Shown: positions 35,328-48,463 of the stretch, piece by piece | Numbering within the stretch: the stretch's first letter is position 1 | How the letters are laid out: every line of letters begins with the position of its first letter | Source of the DNA: Macrostomum lignano | Taxonomy: Eukaryota | Assembly: GCA_002269645.1 (NCBI GenBank) | Contig: NIVC01000184.1 | Coordinates: forward strand, 434,001 to 498,000 | Reading direction: 5' to 3' | Length of the DNA stretch: 64,000 nt | Notes under the pieces: generated by a model | What the model saw: the letters and a program-made list of their open reading frames with translations, nothing else | What the model was told of the DNA's origin: nothing | Database searches by the model: none | Translations under genes and position numbers: made by a program

Positions 35328-37045
35328 TAGACAGACAGACAGACAGACGGACACACAGGCAGACAGACACACAGGCAGACAGACACACAGACAGACACAC
35401 AGACAGACCTGCTGGTTCCTGGTAGCGGACAGCTCCTCATCCAGCAGGAACAGCTGCCGCTTGAGCTCAGAGTAAGCGTGCTGCAGCTGCTGGTGCTCGG
35501 CCGTCAGAGCGGATTTCTTTGCCTCCTCGGCGTCGGCTTCGGCTCGAACTTCTGCCAGCTCGGCTCCGGTGGACTCGAGCTCGGCGCGTAGCTCAGCCTC
35601 CTCTGCCTCCAGCCGGGCCAGCGCCGCCTCTTCATCGTCGTGGTCGGTGTCGGCGTCGTCGGCGGGATCGGCCGACACCTCCGAGGCGTCGTTGTCGAAC
35701 CGACGGTTTCGTCCGTCGGTGCCGGCCAGTGTCAGGTGCTCCAGGTAGCGGCGCATGCAGGCCAGCTCCTCTTCTAGCTGGCGTACTCGGTCGGCCTGTG
35801 AGGTGAGCAGTGAGGGAGGACTGTTTCTTAGAAACGAGTTTAAATCTTAGGGTTTAGATTAGGGTTTAGACTAGGGTTTAGATTAGGGTTTAGATTAGGG
35901 TTTAGATTAGGGTTTAGATTAGGGTTTAGACTAGGGTTTAGATTAGGGTTTAGATTAGGGTTTAGACTAGGGTTTAGATTAGGGTTTAGATTAGGGTTTA
36001 GACTAGGGTTTAGATTAGGGTTTAGATTAGGGTTTAGACTAGGGTTTAGATTAGGGTTTAGATTAGGGTTTAGATTAGGGTTTAGACTAGGGTTTAGATT
36101 AGGGTTTAGACTAGGGTTTAGATTAGGGTTTAGACTAGGGTTTAGACTAGGGTTTAGATTAGGGTTTAGACTAGGGTTTAGATTAGGGTTTAGACTAGGG
36201 TTTAGACTAGGGTTTAGATTAGGGTTTAGACTAGGGTTTAGACTAGGGTTTAGATTAGGGTTTAGATTAGGGTTTAGACTAGGGTTTAGATTAGGGTTTA
36301 GACTAGGGTTTAGATTAGGGTTTAGACTAGGGTTTAGACTAGGGTTTAGACTAGGGTTTAGATTAGGGTTTAGACTAGGGTTTAGACTAGGGTTTAGATT
36401 AGGGTTTAGACTAGGGTTTAGATTAGGGTTTAGACTAGGGTTTAGACTAGGGTTTAGATTAGACCCGATTGATAATTAGATTAGAATAAACAATCGAAGT
36501 CCCCAACCTGCAGCTCAGCAAGAACATCGGCGCAGTCGGTGCACAGCGGGTGGTCAGCCGCGCAGTTGGCGTTCAAAAATTCAAATAGGCGTTCGAATAC
36601 CGCCAATCGAGTGCTCAAATTCTGGCTAATGCTGGGCGCGCTGTCTAGCAGCAGGAAGTCGTGACTTGCGGACTCTGAGTCGCAGCTGGCAGACATTGTT
36701 GTGCACTGTTGCTGCTGCTGCTGTTGCTGTTGCTGCTGCGAGTCGCCACTCTGTTCTGAGTCAGCCTGAGGCATTGTTGACGCAATAATGCAAAATCTGA
36801 ATTAAGATTTTGCACAAGTATTTCATGCAGAGGAAATTTTTGGCCAGACTCACCATAGCAACCGATCGACTTTGAAACGTATTGATTGTCGCCTGCACGG
36901 CCTCCCTGTCGAGGCCTCGCAGAGTGGCGTCTAGGTTCAGACGGACGCAGCAGCGCTGACAGCGGAATGACGACTGCAGCAGAGCCTTGGCGGCCGTGGC
37001 TGGCGAGTCCTTGCTGACTGGCGACTGGCGACCGCTGGAGTCCAT
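33704..37045 (-). CDS. BECN1: Beclin-1 / ATG6; exons about 37045-36854, 36765-36508, 35795-35409, 34786-34512, 34034-33704
   Basis: [15 protein letters not shown], a coiled coil, [17 protein letters not shown]...IGGFRMGR...[22 protein letters not shown]...[12 protein letters not shown] and [15 protein letters not shown] are Beclin signatures. Phases are consistent; the exon 2 acceptor is least certain. Confidence 0.93.
34105..34300. repeat. 16-bp tandem repeat (AAGCTCGAATCTTCCC)n in the last BECN1 intron
   Basis: Direct reading. Confidence 0.93.
34902..35408. repeat. (GACA)n microsatellite in BECN1 intron 3, abutting the donor site
   Basis: The minus strand reads CAG|GTCTGTCTGTGTG... Confidence 0.96.
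35845..36462. repeat. 12-bp telomere-like array (TTAGGGTTTAGA / CTAGGGTTTAGA)n, about 50 copies, in BECN1 intron 2
   Basis: Direct reading. Confidence 0.97.
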
Positions 37046-37061
37046 GGCATGAATTGCGTCA

Positions 37062-37685
37062 ACTGGTTCTGTAGCTGACTGGTTCTGTAACTGACTGATT
37101 CTGTAACTGACTGATTCGGTAACTGACTGATTCTGTAACTGACAGGTTCTGTAACTGACTGATTCTGTAACTGACTGATTCTGTAACTGACTGATTCGGT
37201 AACTGACTGATTCTGTAACTGACTGATTCTGTAACTGACTGATTCTGTAACTGACTGATTCGGTAACTGACAGGTTCTGTAACTGACAGGTTCTGTAACT
37301 GACTGATTCTGTAACTGACTGATTCTGTAACTGACTGATTCTGTAACTGACTGGTTCTGTAACTGACAGGTTCTGTAACTGACTGATTCTGTAACTGACT
37401 GATTCTGTAACTGACTGATTCTGTAACTGACTGATTCGGTAACTGACTGATTCTGTAACTGACTGATTCTGTAACTGACTGATTCTGTAACTGACTGATT
37501 CGGTAACTGACAGGTTCTGTAACTGACAGGTTCTGTAACTGACTGATTCTGTAACTGACTGATTCTGTAACTGACTGATTCTGTAACTGACTGGTTCTGT
37601 AACTGACAGGTTCTGTAACTGACTGATTCTGTAACTGACTGATTCTGTAACTGACTGATTCTGTAACTGACTGGTTCTGTAACAG
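37062..37685. repeat. 16-bp tandem repeat (CTGTAACTGACTGATT)n immediately upstream of the BECN1 ATG
   Basis: Direct reading. Confidence 0.96.
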
Positions 37686-38359
37686 GCTACTGTAATTTTT
37701 TAACAGTGTACATCTGATGTGTTCTGCAACAACCTAAAGATGCACAAAAGCAGCAAAAGCAGAACATCTTTCAGAAACTGTAGTTTGTATATGTGACGAC
37801 ATGATGTGACAAATAATATTAACATAACAATATAGCACAATAGCCACAGGTTTTTACATCATACAAAGAGCAAATTACTGTACAAAATACTTGCGGGTCA
37901 AAAAAAATTTGCAGACGATAAGCATAACAAAAACTTTATAAAGAACCTATCACGATATTTATAGAAAATGTTAATAAACATAGAGTTGATAACAGGGTAA
38001 ACACAAAGATAATATCAGCGATAATTTAAAACTGACATACAAATGTCATACGGTTTGCATTATTACGACACAAAATAAAGTGACTAGCAAGTTTTGATAC
38101 AGCAAAACTACACAAAAGGTAAACAATGAAGGAGCGTTAAAGTGCAATGACCAATTGGTGTATGCAAAATAAAAAATTTAATGATTTATTGATAGCAAAA
38201 ACAATCAAGATAAGCTCAGCCGTTTTGATTGACAGGAGTTGACAGTAATATAAACAAGAGTTAGCAACTCTGCCCACTTGTAAATTCAATTTTTATATCT
38301 ATTTTTAAAAGTTCTCGTTCGTCAAGGTTATATGCCTAAGAATTTTTAAAGCATCAATT

Positions 38360-39230
38360 CCACTTCCGGTTTCTTAATTGCGCTTCTACCTCACTTCCGG
38401 TTTCTTAATTTGGATTGTATCTCACTTAAGGATGCATAATTAGGCTTTTATCTCACTTCCGGTTGCATAACTAAGCTTCTATCTCACTTCCGGTTTATTA
38501 ATTTGGATTTTATCTCACTTAAGGATGCATAATTAGGCTTTTATCTCACTTCCGGTTGCATAACTAAGCTTCTATCTCACTTCCGGTTTATTAATTTGGA
38601 TTTTATCTCACTTAAGGATGCATAATTAGGCTTTTATCTCACTTCCGGTTGCATAACTAAGCTTCTATCTCACTTCCGGTTTCTTAATTTGGATTTTATC
38701 TCACTTAAGGATGCATAATTAGGCTTTTATCTCACTTCCGGTTGCATAATTAAGCTTTTATCTCACTTACAGTTGCATAATTAGGCTTTTATCTCACTTC
38801 CGGTTGCATAACTAAGCTTCTATCTCACTTCCGGTTGCACAATTAGGCTTCTATCTCACTTTCGGTTGCACAGTTAGGCTTCCATCTCACTTAAAGTTAC
38901 ATAATTAAGCCTTTATCCCACTTACAGTTGCATAATTATGCTTTTATCTTACTTCTGGTTGCATAATTAGGCTTCTACCTCACTTCCGGTTGCATAGTTA
39001 AGCTTCTACCTCACTTCCGGTTGTATAGTTTAGCTTCTGTCTCACTTCCGGTTGCAAAATTAAGCTTCCATCTTACTTCCGGTTACAAAAATTCAGCTTA
39101 TGTCTTACTTCCGATTGCATAATTGAGCCTCTATTTCACTTCTGGTTGCACAATTAGACTTTCATCTTACTTGCGGTTGCATAATTTAGCTTCAATCTTA
39201 CTTCCGGTTGTATAGTTAAGCTTCTATTCC
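38360..39230. repeat. About 30-bp degenerate tandem repeat containing CACTTCCGGTT
   Basis: Units such as ATCTCACTTCCGGTTGCATAATTAGGCTTT. Confidence 0.92.
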
Positions 39231-39385
39231 ACCTTTGCTCGTCTCAATTATAACTAAATAATCGTATTTAACCAACAGAATAAAAACACAGAAAATTCCT
39301 ACTTTTCATGCGCATTTAGGACTAGACTAGACTAAAAAGACGAACATAAAAGACAAACAAACAATCTTCTGTCCGACAATGAAAT

Positions 39386-42300
39386 TCAAGAGAACCCGGA
39401 CGGTCCAGCATCGGCTCCGGCGGTCGCGTCTGCCGACCCGTCGATTGCCCAGTCCGGACCGCCAGGCGGCGGCGCTCGCCGACTTGACAAGACCAGCTGT
39501 TGCCGACGTCTGGCCAGCAGCTGCGCGGCAAGCCGGCGTCGCTCATCCGGGTCGGCCAAATTGTCGGCATAGGTGGCGTCGAGTTTCTCTTTGAATCCGC
39601 GCAGCTCGGCCGACTCCCAGGCTAGCGGGCGCGGCAGGGCGACCTCGCAGTCGCCGTTATTGGTCAATTCTTCGTCGTCGCCGCCATCGTCAGAGCTGGT
39701 GAAGTCCGCAGTCAGGGCGGCGGCGTAACGGCTGGCGGATTGAGGGTCCAGGCTGGGGCGGAGGAACTCGAAACTGCGGAGACGGCGCTGCAGCTTCTGG
39801 TGATGGAGACGGACTTGATATGCATCAGCTGGTCTCTAGAGAGCATCTATCAACTCGTGTCTAGAGAGCATCTATCAACCCGTGTCTAGAGAGCATCTAT
39901 CAACCCGTGTCTAGAGAGCATCTATCAACTCGTGTCTAGAGAGCATCTATCAACCCGTGTCTAGAGAGCATCTATCAACCCGTGTCTAGAGAACATCTAT
40001 CAACCCATGTCTAGAGAGCATCTATCAACCCGTGTCTAGAGAACATCTATCAACCCGTGTCTAGAGAACATCTATCAACCCGTGTCTAGAGAGCATCTAT
40101 CAACCCGTGTCTAGAGAACATCTATCAACTCGTGTCAAGAGAGCATCTATCAACTCGTGTCAAGAGAGCATCTATCAACTCGTGTCTAGAGAGCATCTAT
40201 CAACCCGTGTCTAGAGAGCATCTATCAACTCGTGTCTAGAGAGCATCTATCAACTCGTGTCTAGAGAGCATCTATCAACTCGTGTCTAGAGAGCATCTAT
40301 CAACTCGTGTCTAGAGAGCATCTATCAACTCGTGTCAAGAGAGCATCTATCAACTCGTGTCTAGAGAGCATCTATCAACCCGTGTCTAGAGAGCATCTAT
40401 CAACTCGTGTCCAGAGAGCATCTATCAACTCGTGTCTAGAGAGCATCTATCAACTCGTGTCTAGAGAGCATCTATCAATGAGTCTAAGAGAGCATCTATC
40501 AATGAGTCTACAGAGCATCTATCAATGAGTCTACAGAGCATCTATCAATGAGTCTACAGAGCATCTATCAATAATCAGCCATCAAAGAGCCACTCACCTG
40601 CGGCACTGCAGTATCATTATTAGTCCTAGCCGTGGCCCGCTGTATCAGGCTGGCAAATTGCATTTCCCTATTGGTTCGTTTCATATTCGGCTTCAGGTAG
40701 CAGCTGTACCAGACTCGCATGTACTGGACTGCCGATTCTGAAAATAAATTTTGCTTATTCATTAGGTTGATCAGTGAGAATTTAAGAGAAAGAAGCCGCA
40801 ATTCCGAGTGTTAAATGCAAAGATGAACATTGGGTCTGCCTCCTATCGAAAAAAACAATAATAATTTTTGTGCTGAAAATCTTCCTAGCGCATTTTTCTG
40901 CTAAAATCAGCCGCCTTAACTTTTTTCTAAGGAGGAGTTGTCCTTGCTTAAACCCTTAAACTCCTTACAGAACCTCTACCCCTGTCCTGCAGATCAATTT
41001 TTATTAGCTTACTTCGTTGTTCCAGCCAAAAGCTGCCATGTACATTTCAGTGGACTGGCTAATGTACATTATTGCTGAACCAATTAGCAAGCTGCTTATG
41101 CCTGCAAGCTATGGGCTTCTAAACTTATCTATAGTTATTCTAGTATATGTAGTTTTAATTGAAAAGGTAGCGTTCTTTACAGTATAAAATTCAATTTTCA
41201 ACAAGGCCACTCACTATTCCAGTCGTCCGGATGGCAGGGCAGATGCCCGGCCAGCTGTTTGGCTCGATCGATCACTCGATCGGCCGCCGTCAGGTTAACT
41301 CGAGCGCTGAATGGCAGAGTGAAGTCGAATAGATCGCTTGACAGCTCGTCTTTGAGGGTCCGGTAGGCGCGGCGGAGAAGAGCCTGAAAAATGAAAATAT
41401 TTCGAAATTTTCATTTGTTTTAATGAGACTGCCGCTGGGGCACTAAACATGGCACTAAGGTATTCAAAATGGCACCCTGATATTCAAAATGGCACTCTGA
41501 TATTAAAAATGGCACTCTGATATTCAAAATGGCACTATGGTATTCAAAATGGCACCCTGATATTCAAAATGGCACTCTGGTACTCAAAATGGCACTCTGA
41601 TATTCAAAATGGCACTATGCTATTAAAATGGCACTATGGTATTCAAAATGGCACTCTGATATTCAAAATGGCACTCTGATATTCAAAATGGCACTCTGAT
41701 ATTCAAAATGGCACTATGGTATTAAAATGGCACTCTGATATTCAAAATGGCACTCTGATATTCAAAATGGCACTCTGATATTCAAAATGGCACTATGGTA
41801 TTAAAATGGCACTCTGATATTCAAAATGGCACTCTGATATTCAAAATGGCACTCTGACATTCAAAATGGCACTCTGATATTCAAAATGGCACTCTGATAT
41901 TCAAAATGGCACTATGCTATTAAAATGGCACTCTGGAATTCGAAATGGCACTCTGATATTCAAAATGGCACTCTGATATTCAAAATGGAACTGGTATTCA
42001 AAATGGCACTCTGATATTCAAAATGGCACTCTGGAATTCGAAATGGAACTGGTATTCAAAATGGCACTCTGATATTCAAAATGGCACTCTGATATTCAAA
42101 ATGGAACTGGTATTCAAAATGGCACTCTGATATTCAAAATGGAACTGGTATTCAAAATGGCACTCTGATATTTAAAATGGCACTCTGGAATTCGAAATGG
42201 AACTGGTATTCAAAATGGCACTCTGATATTCAAAATGGCACTCTGATATTCAAAATGGAACTGGTATTCAAAATAGCACTCTGATATTCAAAATGGCACT

Positions 42301-45300
42301 CTGATATTCAAAATGGAACTGGTATTCAAAATAGCACTCTGATATTCAAAATGGAACTGGTATTCAAAATAGCACTCTGATATTCAAAATGGAACTGGTA
42401 TTCAAAATAGCACTCTGATATTCAAAATGGAACTGGTATTCAAAATAGCACTCTGATATTCAAAATGGAACTGGTATTCAAAATGGCACTCTGATATTCA
42501 AAATGGCACTCTGATATTCAAAATGGCACTCTGATATTCAAAATGGAACTGGTATTCCAAATGGCACTCTGATATTCAAAATGGCACTCTGGAATTCGAA
42601 ATGGAACTGGTATTCAAAATGGCACTCTGATATTCAAAATGGCACTCTGATATTCAAAATGGAACTGGTATTCAAAATGGCACTCTGATATTCAAAATGG
42701 AACTGGTATTCAAAATGGCACTCTGATATTCAAAATGGCACTCTGGAATTCGAAATGGAACTGGTATTCAAAATGGCACTCTGATATTCAAAATGGCACT
42801 CTGATATTCAAAATGGCACTCTGATATTCAAAATGGCACTCTGATATTCAAAATGGAACTGGTATTCAAAATAGCACTCTGATATTCAAAATGGCACTCT
42901 GATATTCAAAATGGAACTGGTATTCAAAATGGCACTCTGATATTCAAAATGGAACTGGTATTCAAAATGGCACTCTGATATTCAAAATGGCACTCTGGAA
43001 TTCGAAATGGAACTGGTATTCAAAATGGCACTCTGATATTCAAAATGGAACTGGTATTCAAAATAGCACTCTGATATTCAAAATAGCACTCTGATATTCA
43101 AAATGGAACTGGTATTCAAAATGGCACTCTGATATTCAAAATGGCACTCTGGAATTCGAAATGGAACTGGTATTCAAAATGGCACTCTGATATTCAAAAT
43201 GGCACTCTGATATTCAAAATGGAACTGGTATTCAAAATGGCACTCTGATATTCAAAATGGAACTGGTATTCAAAATGGCACTCTGATATTCAAAATGGCA
43301 CTCTGGAATTCGAAATGGAACTGGTATTCAAAATGGCACTCTGATATTCAAAATGGCACTCTGATATTCAAAATGGAACTGGTATTCAAAATGGCACTCT
43401 GATATTCAAAATGGCACTCTGATATTCAAAATAGCACTCTGATATTCAAAATGGAACTGGTATTCAAAATGGCACTCTGATATTCAAAATGGCACTCTGG
43501 AATTCGAAATGAAACTGGTATTCAAAATGGCACTCTGGTATTCAAAATGGCACTCTGATATTCAAAATGGAACTGGTATTCAAAATGGCACTCTGATATT
43601 CAAAATGGAACTGGTATTCAAAATGGCACTCTGATATTCAAAATGGCACTCTGGAATTCGAAATGGAACTGGTATTCAAAATGGCACTCTGATATTCAAA
43701 ATGGCACTCTGATATTCAAAATGGCACTTTGATATTTAAAATGGCACTATGCTATTAAAATGGCACTCTGGAATTAGAAATGGCACTCTGATATTCAAAA
43801 TGGCACTCTGATATTCAAAATGGAACTGGTATTCAAAATGGCACTCTGATATTCAAAATGGCACTCTGGAATTCGAAATGGAACTGGTATTCAAAATGGC
43901 ACTCTGATATTCAAAATGGCACTCTGATATTCAAAATGGAACTGGTATTCAAAATGGCACTCTGATATTCAAAATGGAACTGGTATTCAAAATGGCACTC
44001 TGATATTCAAAATGGCACTCTGGAATTCGAAATGGAACTCTGATATTCAAAATGGAACTGGTATTCAAAATAGCACTCTGATATTCAAAATGGCACTCTG
44101 GAATTCGAAATGGAACTGGTATTCAAAATGGCACTCTGATATTCAAAATGGCACTCTGATATTCAAAATGGAACTGGTATTCAAAATAGCACTCTGATAT
44201 TCAAAATAGCACTCTGATATTCAAAATGGAACTGGTATTCAAAATGGCACTCTGATATTCAAAATGGCACTCTGATATTCAAAATGGCACTCTGATATTC
44301 AAAATGGAACTGGTATTCAAAATAGCACTCTGATATTCAAAATGGCACTCTGATATTCAAAATGGAACTGGTATTCAAAATAGCACTCTGATATTCAAAA
44401 TGGAACTGGTATTCAAAATAGCACTCTGATATTCAAAATGGAACTGGTATTCAAAATAGCACTCTGATATTCAAAATGGCACTCTGATATTCAAAATGGA
44501 ACTGGTATTCAAAATAGCACTCTGATATTCAAAATGGAACTGGTATTCAAAATAGCACTCTGATATTCAAAATGGAACTGGTATTCAAAATAGCACTCTG
44601 ATATTCAAAATGGAACTGGTATTCAAAATGGCACTCTGATATTCAAAATGGCACTCTGATATTCAAAATAGCACTCTGATATTCAAAATGGAACTGGTAT
44701 TCCAAATGGCACTCTGATATTCAAAATGGCACTCTGGAATTCGAAATGGAACTGGTATTCAAAATGGCACTCTGATATTCAAAATGGCACTCTGATATTC
44801 AAAATGGAACTGGTATTCAAAATGGCACTCTGATATTCAAAATGGAACTGGTATTCAAAATGGCACTCTGATATTCAAAATGGCACTCTGGAATTCGAAA
44901 TGGAACTGGTATTCAAAATGGCACTCTGATATTCAAAATGGCACTCTGATATTCAAAATGGAACTGGTATTCAAAAAAGCACTCTGATATTCAAAATGGC
45001 ACTCTGATATTCAAAATGGAACTGGTATTCAAAATGGCACTCTGATATTCAAAATGGAACTGGTATTCAAAATGGCACTCTGATATTCAAAATGGCACTC
45101 TGGAATTCGAAATGGAACTGGTATTCAAAATGGCACTCTGATATTCAAAATGGCACTCTGATATTCAAAATGGAACTGGTATTCAAAATAGCACTCTGAT
45201 ATTCAAAATAGCACTCTGATATTCAAAATGGAACTCGTATTCAAAATGGCACTCTGATATTCAAAATGGCACTCTGGAATTCGAAATGGAACTGGTATTC

Positions 45301-48017
45301 AAAATGGCACTCTGATATTCAAAATGGCACTCTGATATTCAAAATGGAACTGGTATTCAAAATGGCACTCTGATATTCAAAATGGAACTGGTATTCAAAA
45401 TGGCACTCTGATATTCAAAATGGCACTCTGGAATTCGAAATGGAAATGGTATTCAAAATGGCACTCTGATATTCAAAATGGCACTCTGATATTCAAAATG
45501 GCACTCTGATATTCAAAATGGCACTATGCTATTAAAATGGCACTCTGGAATTCGAAATGGCACTCTGATATTCAAAATGGCACTCTGATATTCAAAATGG
45601 AACTGGTATTCAAAATGGCACTCTGATATTCAAAATGGCACTCTGGAATTCGAAATGGAACTGGTATTCAAAATGGCACTCTGATATTCAAAATGGCACT
45701 CTGATATTCAAAATGGAACTGGTATTCAAAATGGCACTCTGATATTCAAAATGGAACTGGTATTCAAAATGGCACTCTGATATTCAAAATGGCACTCTGG
45801 AATTCGAAATGGAACTGGTATTCAAAATGGCACTCTGATATTCAAAATGGCACTCTGATATTCAAAATGGAACTGGTATTCAAAATAGCACTCTGATATT
45901 CAAAATGGCACTCTGATATTCAAAATGGAACTGGTATTCAAAATAGCACTCTGATATTCAAAATGGAACTGGTATTCAAAATAGCACTCTGATATTCAAA
46001 ATGGAACTGGTATTCAAAATAGCACTCTGATATTCAAAATGGAACTGGTATTCAAAATAGCACTCTGATATTCAAAATGGAACTGGTATTCAAAATGGCA
46101 CTCTGATATTCAAAATGGCACTCTGATATTCAAAATAGCACTCTGATATTCAAAATGGCACTCTGGAAGTCGAAATGGAACTGGTATTCAAAATGGCACT
46201 CTGATATTCAAAATGGCACTCTGATATTCAAAATGGAACTGGTATTCAAAATGGCACTCTGATATTAAAAATGGAACTGGTATTCAAAATGGCACTCTGA
46301 TATTCAAAATGGCACTCTGGAATTCGAAATGGAACTGGTATTCAAAATGGCACTCTGATATTCAAAATGGCACTCTGATATTCAAAATGGAACTGGTATT
46401 CAAAATAGCACTCTGATATTCAAAATGGCACTCTGGAATTCGAAATGGAACTGGTATTCAAAATGGCACTCTGATATTCAAAATGGCACTCTGATATTCA
46501 AAATGGAACTGGTATTCAAAATAGCACTCTGATATTCAAAATAGCACTCTGATATTCAAAATGGAACTGGTATTCAAAATGGCACTCTGATATTCAAAAT
46601 GGCACTCTGGAATTCGAAATGGAACTGGTATTCAAAATGGCACTCTGATATTCAAAATGGCACTCTGATATTCAAAATGGAACTGGTATTCAAAATGGCA
46701 CTCTGATATTCAAAATGGCACTCTGATATTCAAAATGGAACTGGTATTCAAAATGGCACTCTGATATTCAAAATGGAACTGGTATTCAAAATGGCACTCT
46801 GATATTCAAAATGGCACTCTGGAATTCGAAATGGAACTGGTATTCAAAATGGCACTCTGATATTCAAAATGGCACTCTGATATTCAAAATGGAACTGGTA
46901 TTCAAAATAGCACTCTGATATTCAAAATGGCACTCTGATATTCAAAATGGCACTCTGATATTCAAAATGGAACTGGTATTCAAAATGGCACACTGACATT
47001 CAAAATGGAACTGATATTGAAAATGGCACTCTGGAATTCGAAATGGCACTCTGATATTCAAAATGGAACTGGTATTCAAAATAGCACTCTGATATTCAAA
47101 ATGGAACTGGTATTCAAAATGGCACTCTGATATTCAAGATGGCACTCTGATATTCAAAATGGCACTCTGATATTCAAAATGGAACTGGTATTCAAAGTGG
47201 CACTCTGGAATTCAAAATGGCACTCTGATATTCAAAATGGAACTGGTATTCAAAATAGCACTCTGATTTTCAAAATGGAACTGGTATTCAAAATAGCACT
47301 CTGATATTCAAAGTGGCACTCTGGTATTCAAAATCGCACTTTGATATTCAAAATCGCACTTTGATATTCAAAATGGCACTCTGATATTCAAGATGACACT
47401 CTGATATTCAAAATGGCACTCTGATATTCAAAATGGCACTCTGATATTCAAAATGGCACTCTGATATTCAAAATGGCACTCTGATATTCAAAATGGCACT
47501 CTGATATTCAAAATGGCACTCTGATATTCAAAATGGCACTCTGATATTCAAAATAGCACTCTGATATTCAAAATGGCACTCTGATATTCAAAATGGCACT
47601 ATGGTATTCAAATGTCACTATGGTATTCAAAATCGCACTTTGATATTCAAAATCGCACTTTGATATTCAAAATGGCACTCTGATATTCAAAATGGCACTT
47701 TGATATTCAAAATGGCACTCTAATATTCAAAATGGCACTCTGATATTCAAAATGGCACTTTGATATTCAAGTGCGCACAGTTTTAGAATTCAAAAATTCA
47801 CTGAACAAGATATTAAAAAATGGTGCCCAGAAAGTATGAAAACAAAATGGCATTAAATATCAAATTTTCAATTCAATAATCTCGCACCTTGCATTCGGTT
47901 GAAAGTTCCGTAGAACTGCCAGCACTTGAACTGCTGTGCTGATGCTGCTGGTGCTGCATGACAACTCCACTTGACGATCGCTGATGCAAAGAATGCGCCG
48001 AAGATGGCGACTGATGA

Positions 48018-48062
<45 letters not shown>

Positions 48063-48217
48063 ACTCGCTCCTGTGGAAATGACGACTGTGAGTTAAACGA
48101 CACCGGACCGCCTTCCAATTTGATGCCAATGGCGGCTGCTAAAGAATTGGATTCGGATGAGGCATCGCAAGAGGACTTGCTGGTGGATAAGCGCTGCTGT
48201 TGCTGCTGCGGCTGTTG

Positions 48218-48253
<36 letters not shown>

Positions 48254-48463
48254 AGCAAAAGCATCCGACAGATGGACAACTCGAGGATCCAACACTTCAA
48301 TAAGTTGATTGCTTAATTGAGAAACAACGCGAAATGCTAGCAGAAGATCCCGGACACTCATAGACTCAATCAGCATTGATGCATTGCTGATTGTGGACTC
48401 AAATACGGTGAATGGGGAGAAGTGATTGGCTGGTTGCTGAGGGTTGTACACTTCGCAGCTCAT
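39386..48463 (-). CDS. C14orf93-like protein with a poly-Q N-terminus; exons 48463-47888, 41383-41215, 40737-40598, 39835-39386 (444 aa)
   Basis: Junction phases 0/1/0 are consistent, giving STECK|ALLRRAYRTL...FDFTLPF...VQYMRVWY...|RPADAYQVRLHHQKLQRRL...RYAAALTADFTSSDD...PRPLAWESAELRGFKEKLD. The last motif resembles the C14orf93-family C-terminus (from memory). Confidence 0.7.
39836..40570. repeat. 25-bp tandem repeat (TCTAGAGAGCATCTATCAACYCGTG)n filling the last intron of the C14orf93-like gene
   Basis: Direct reading; about 26 units plus a few shorter variants. Confidence 0.96.
41455..47770. repeat. 6.3 kb satellite of 20-bp (TATTCAAAATGGCACTCTGA) and 18-bp (TATTCAAAATGGAACTGG) units with a 154-bp higher-order repeat, in intron 1 of the C14orf93-like gene
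   Basis: Direct reading; a GAATTC-bearing variant recurs, for example at 43152 and 43306 (154 bp apart). Confidence 0.97.

Noticed and set aside
47873-47900. ECKV at the ORF end suggested a nuclear-receptor DNA-binding domain start (CKVCG)
   Set aside because: The GT is a splice donor; the next exon gives ECK|ALLRRAY and no C4 zinc finger follows.
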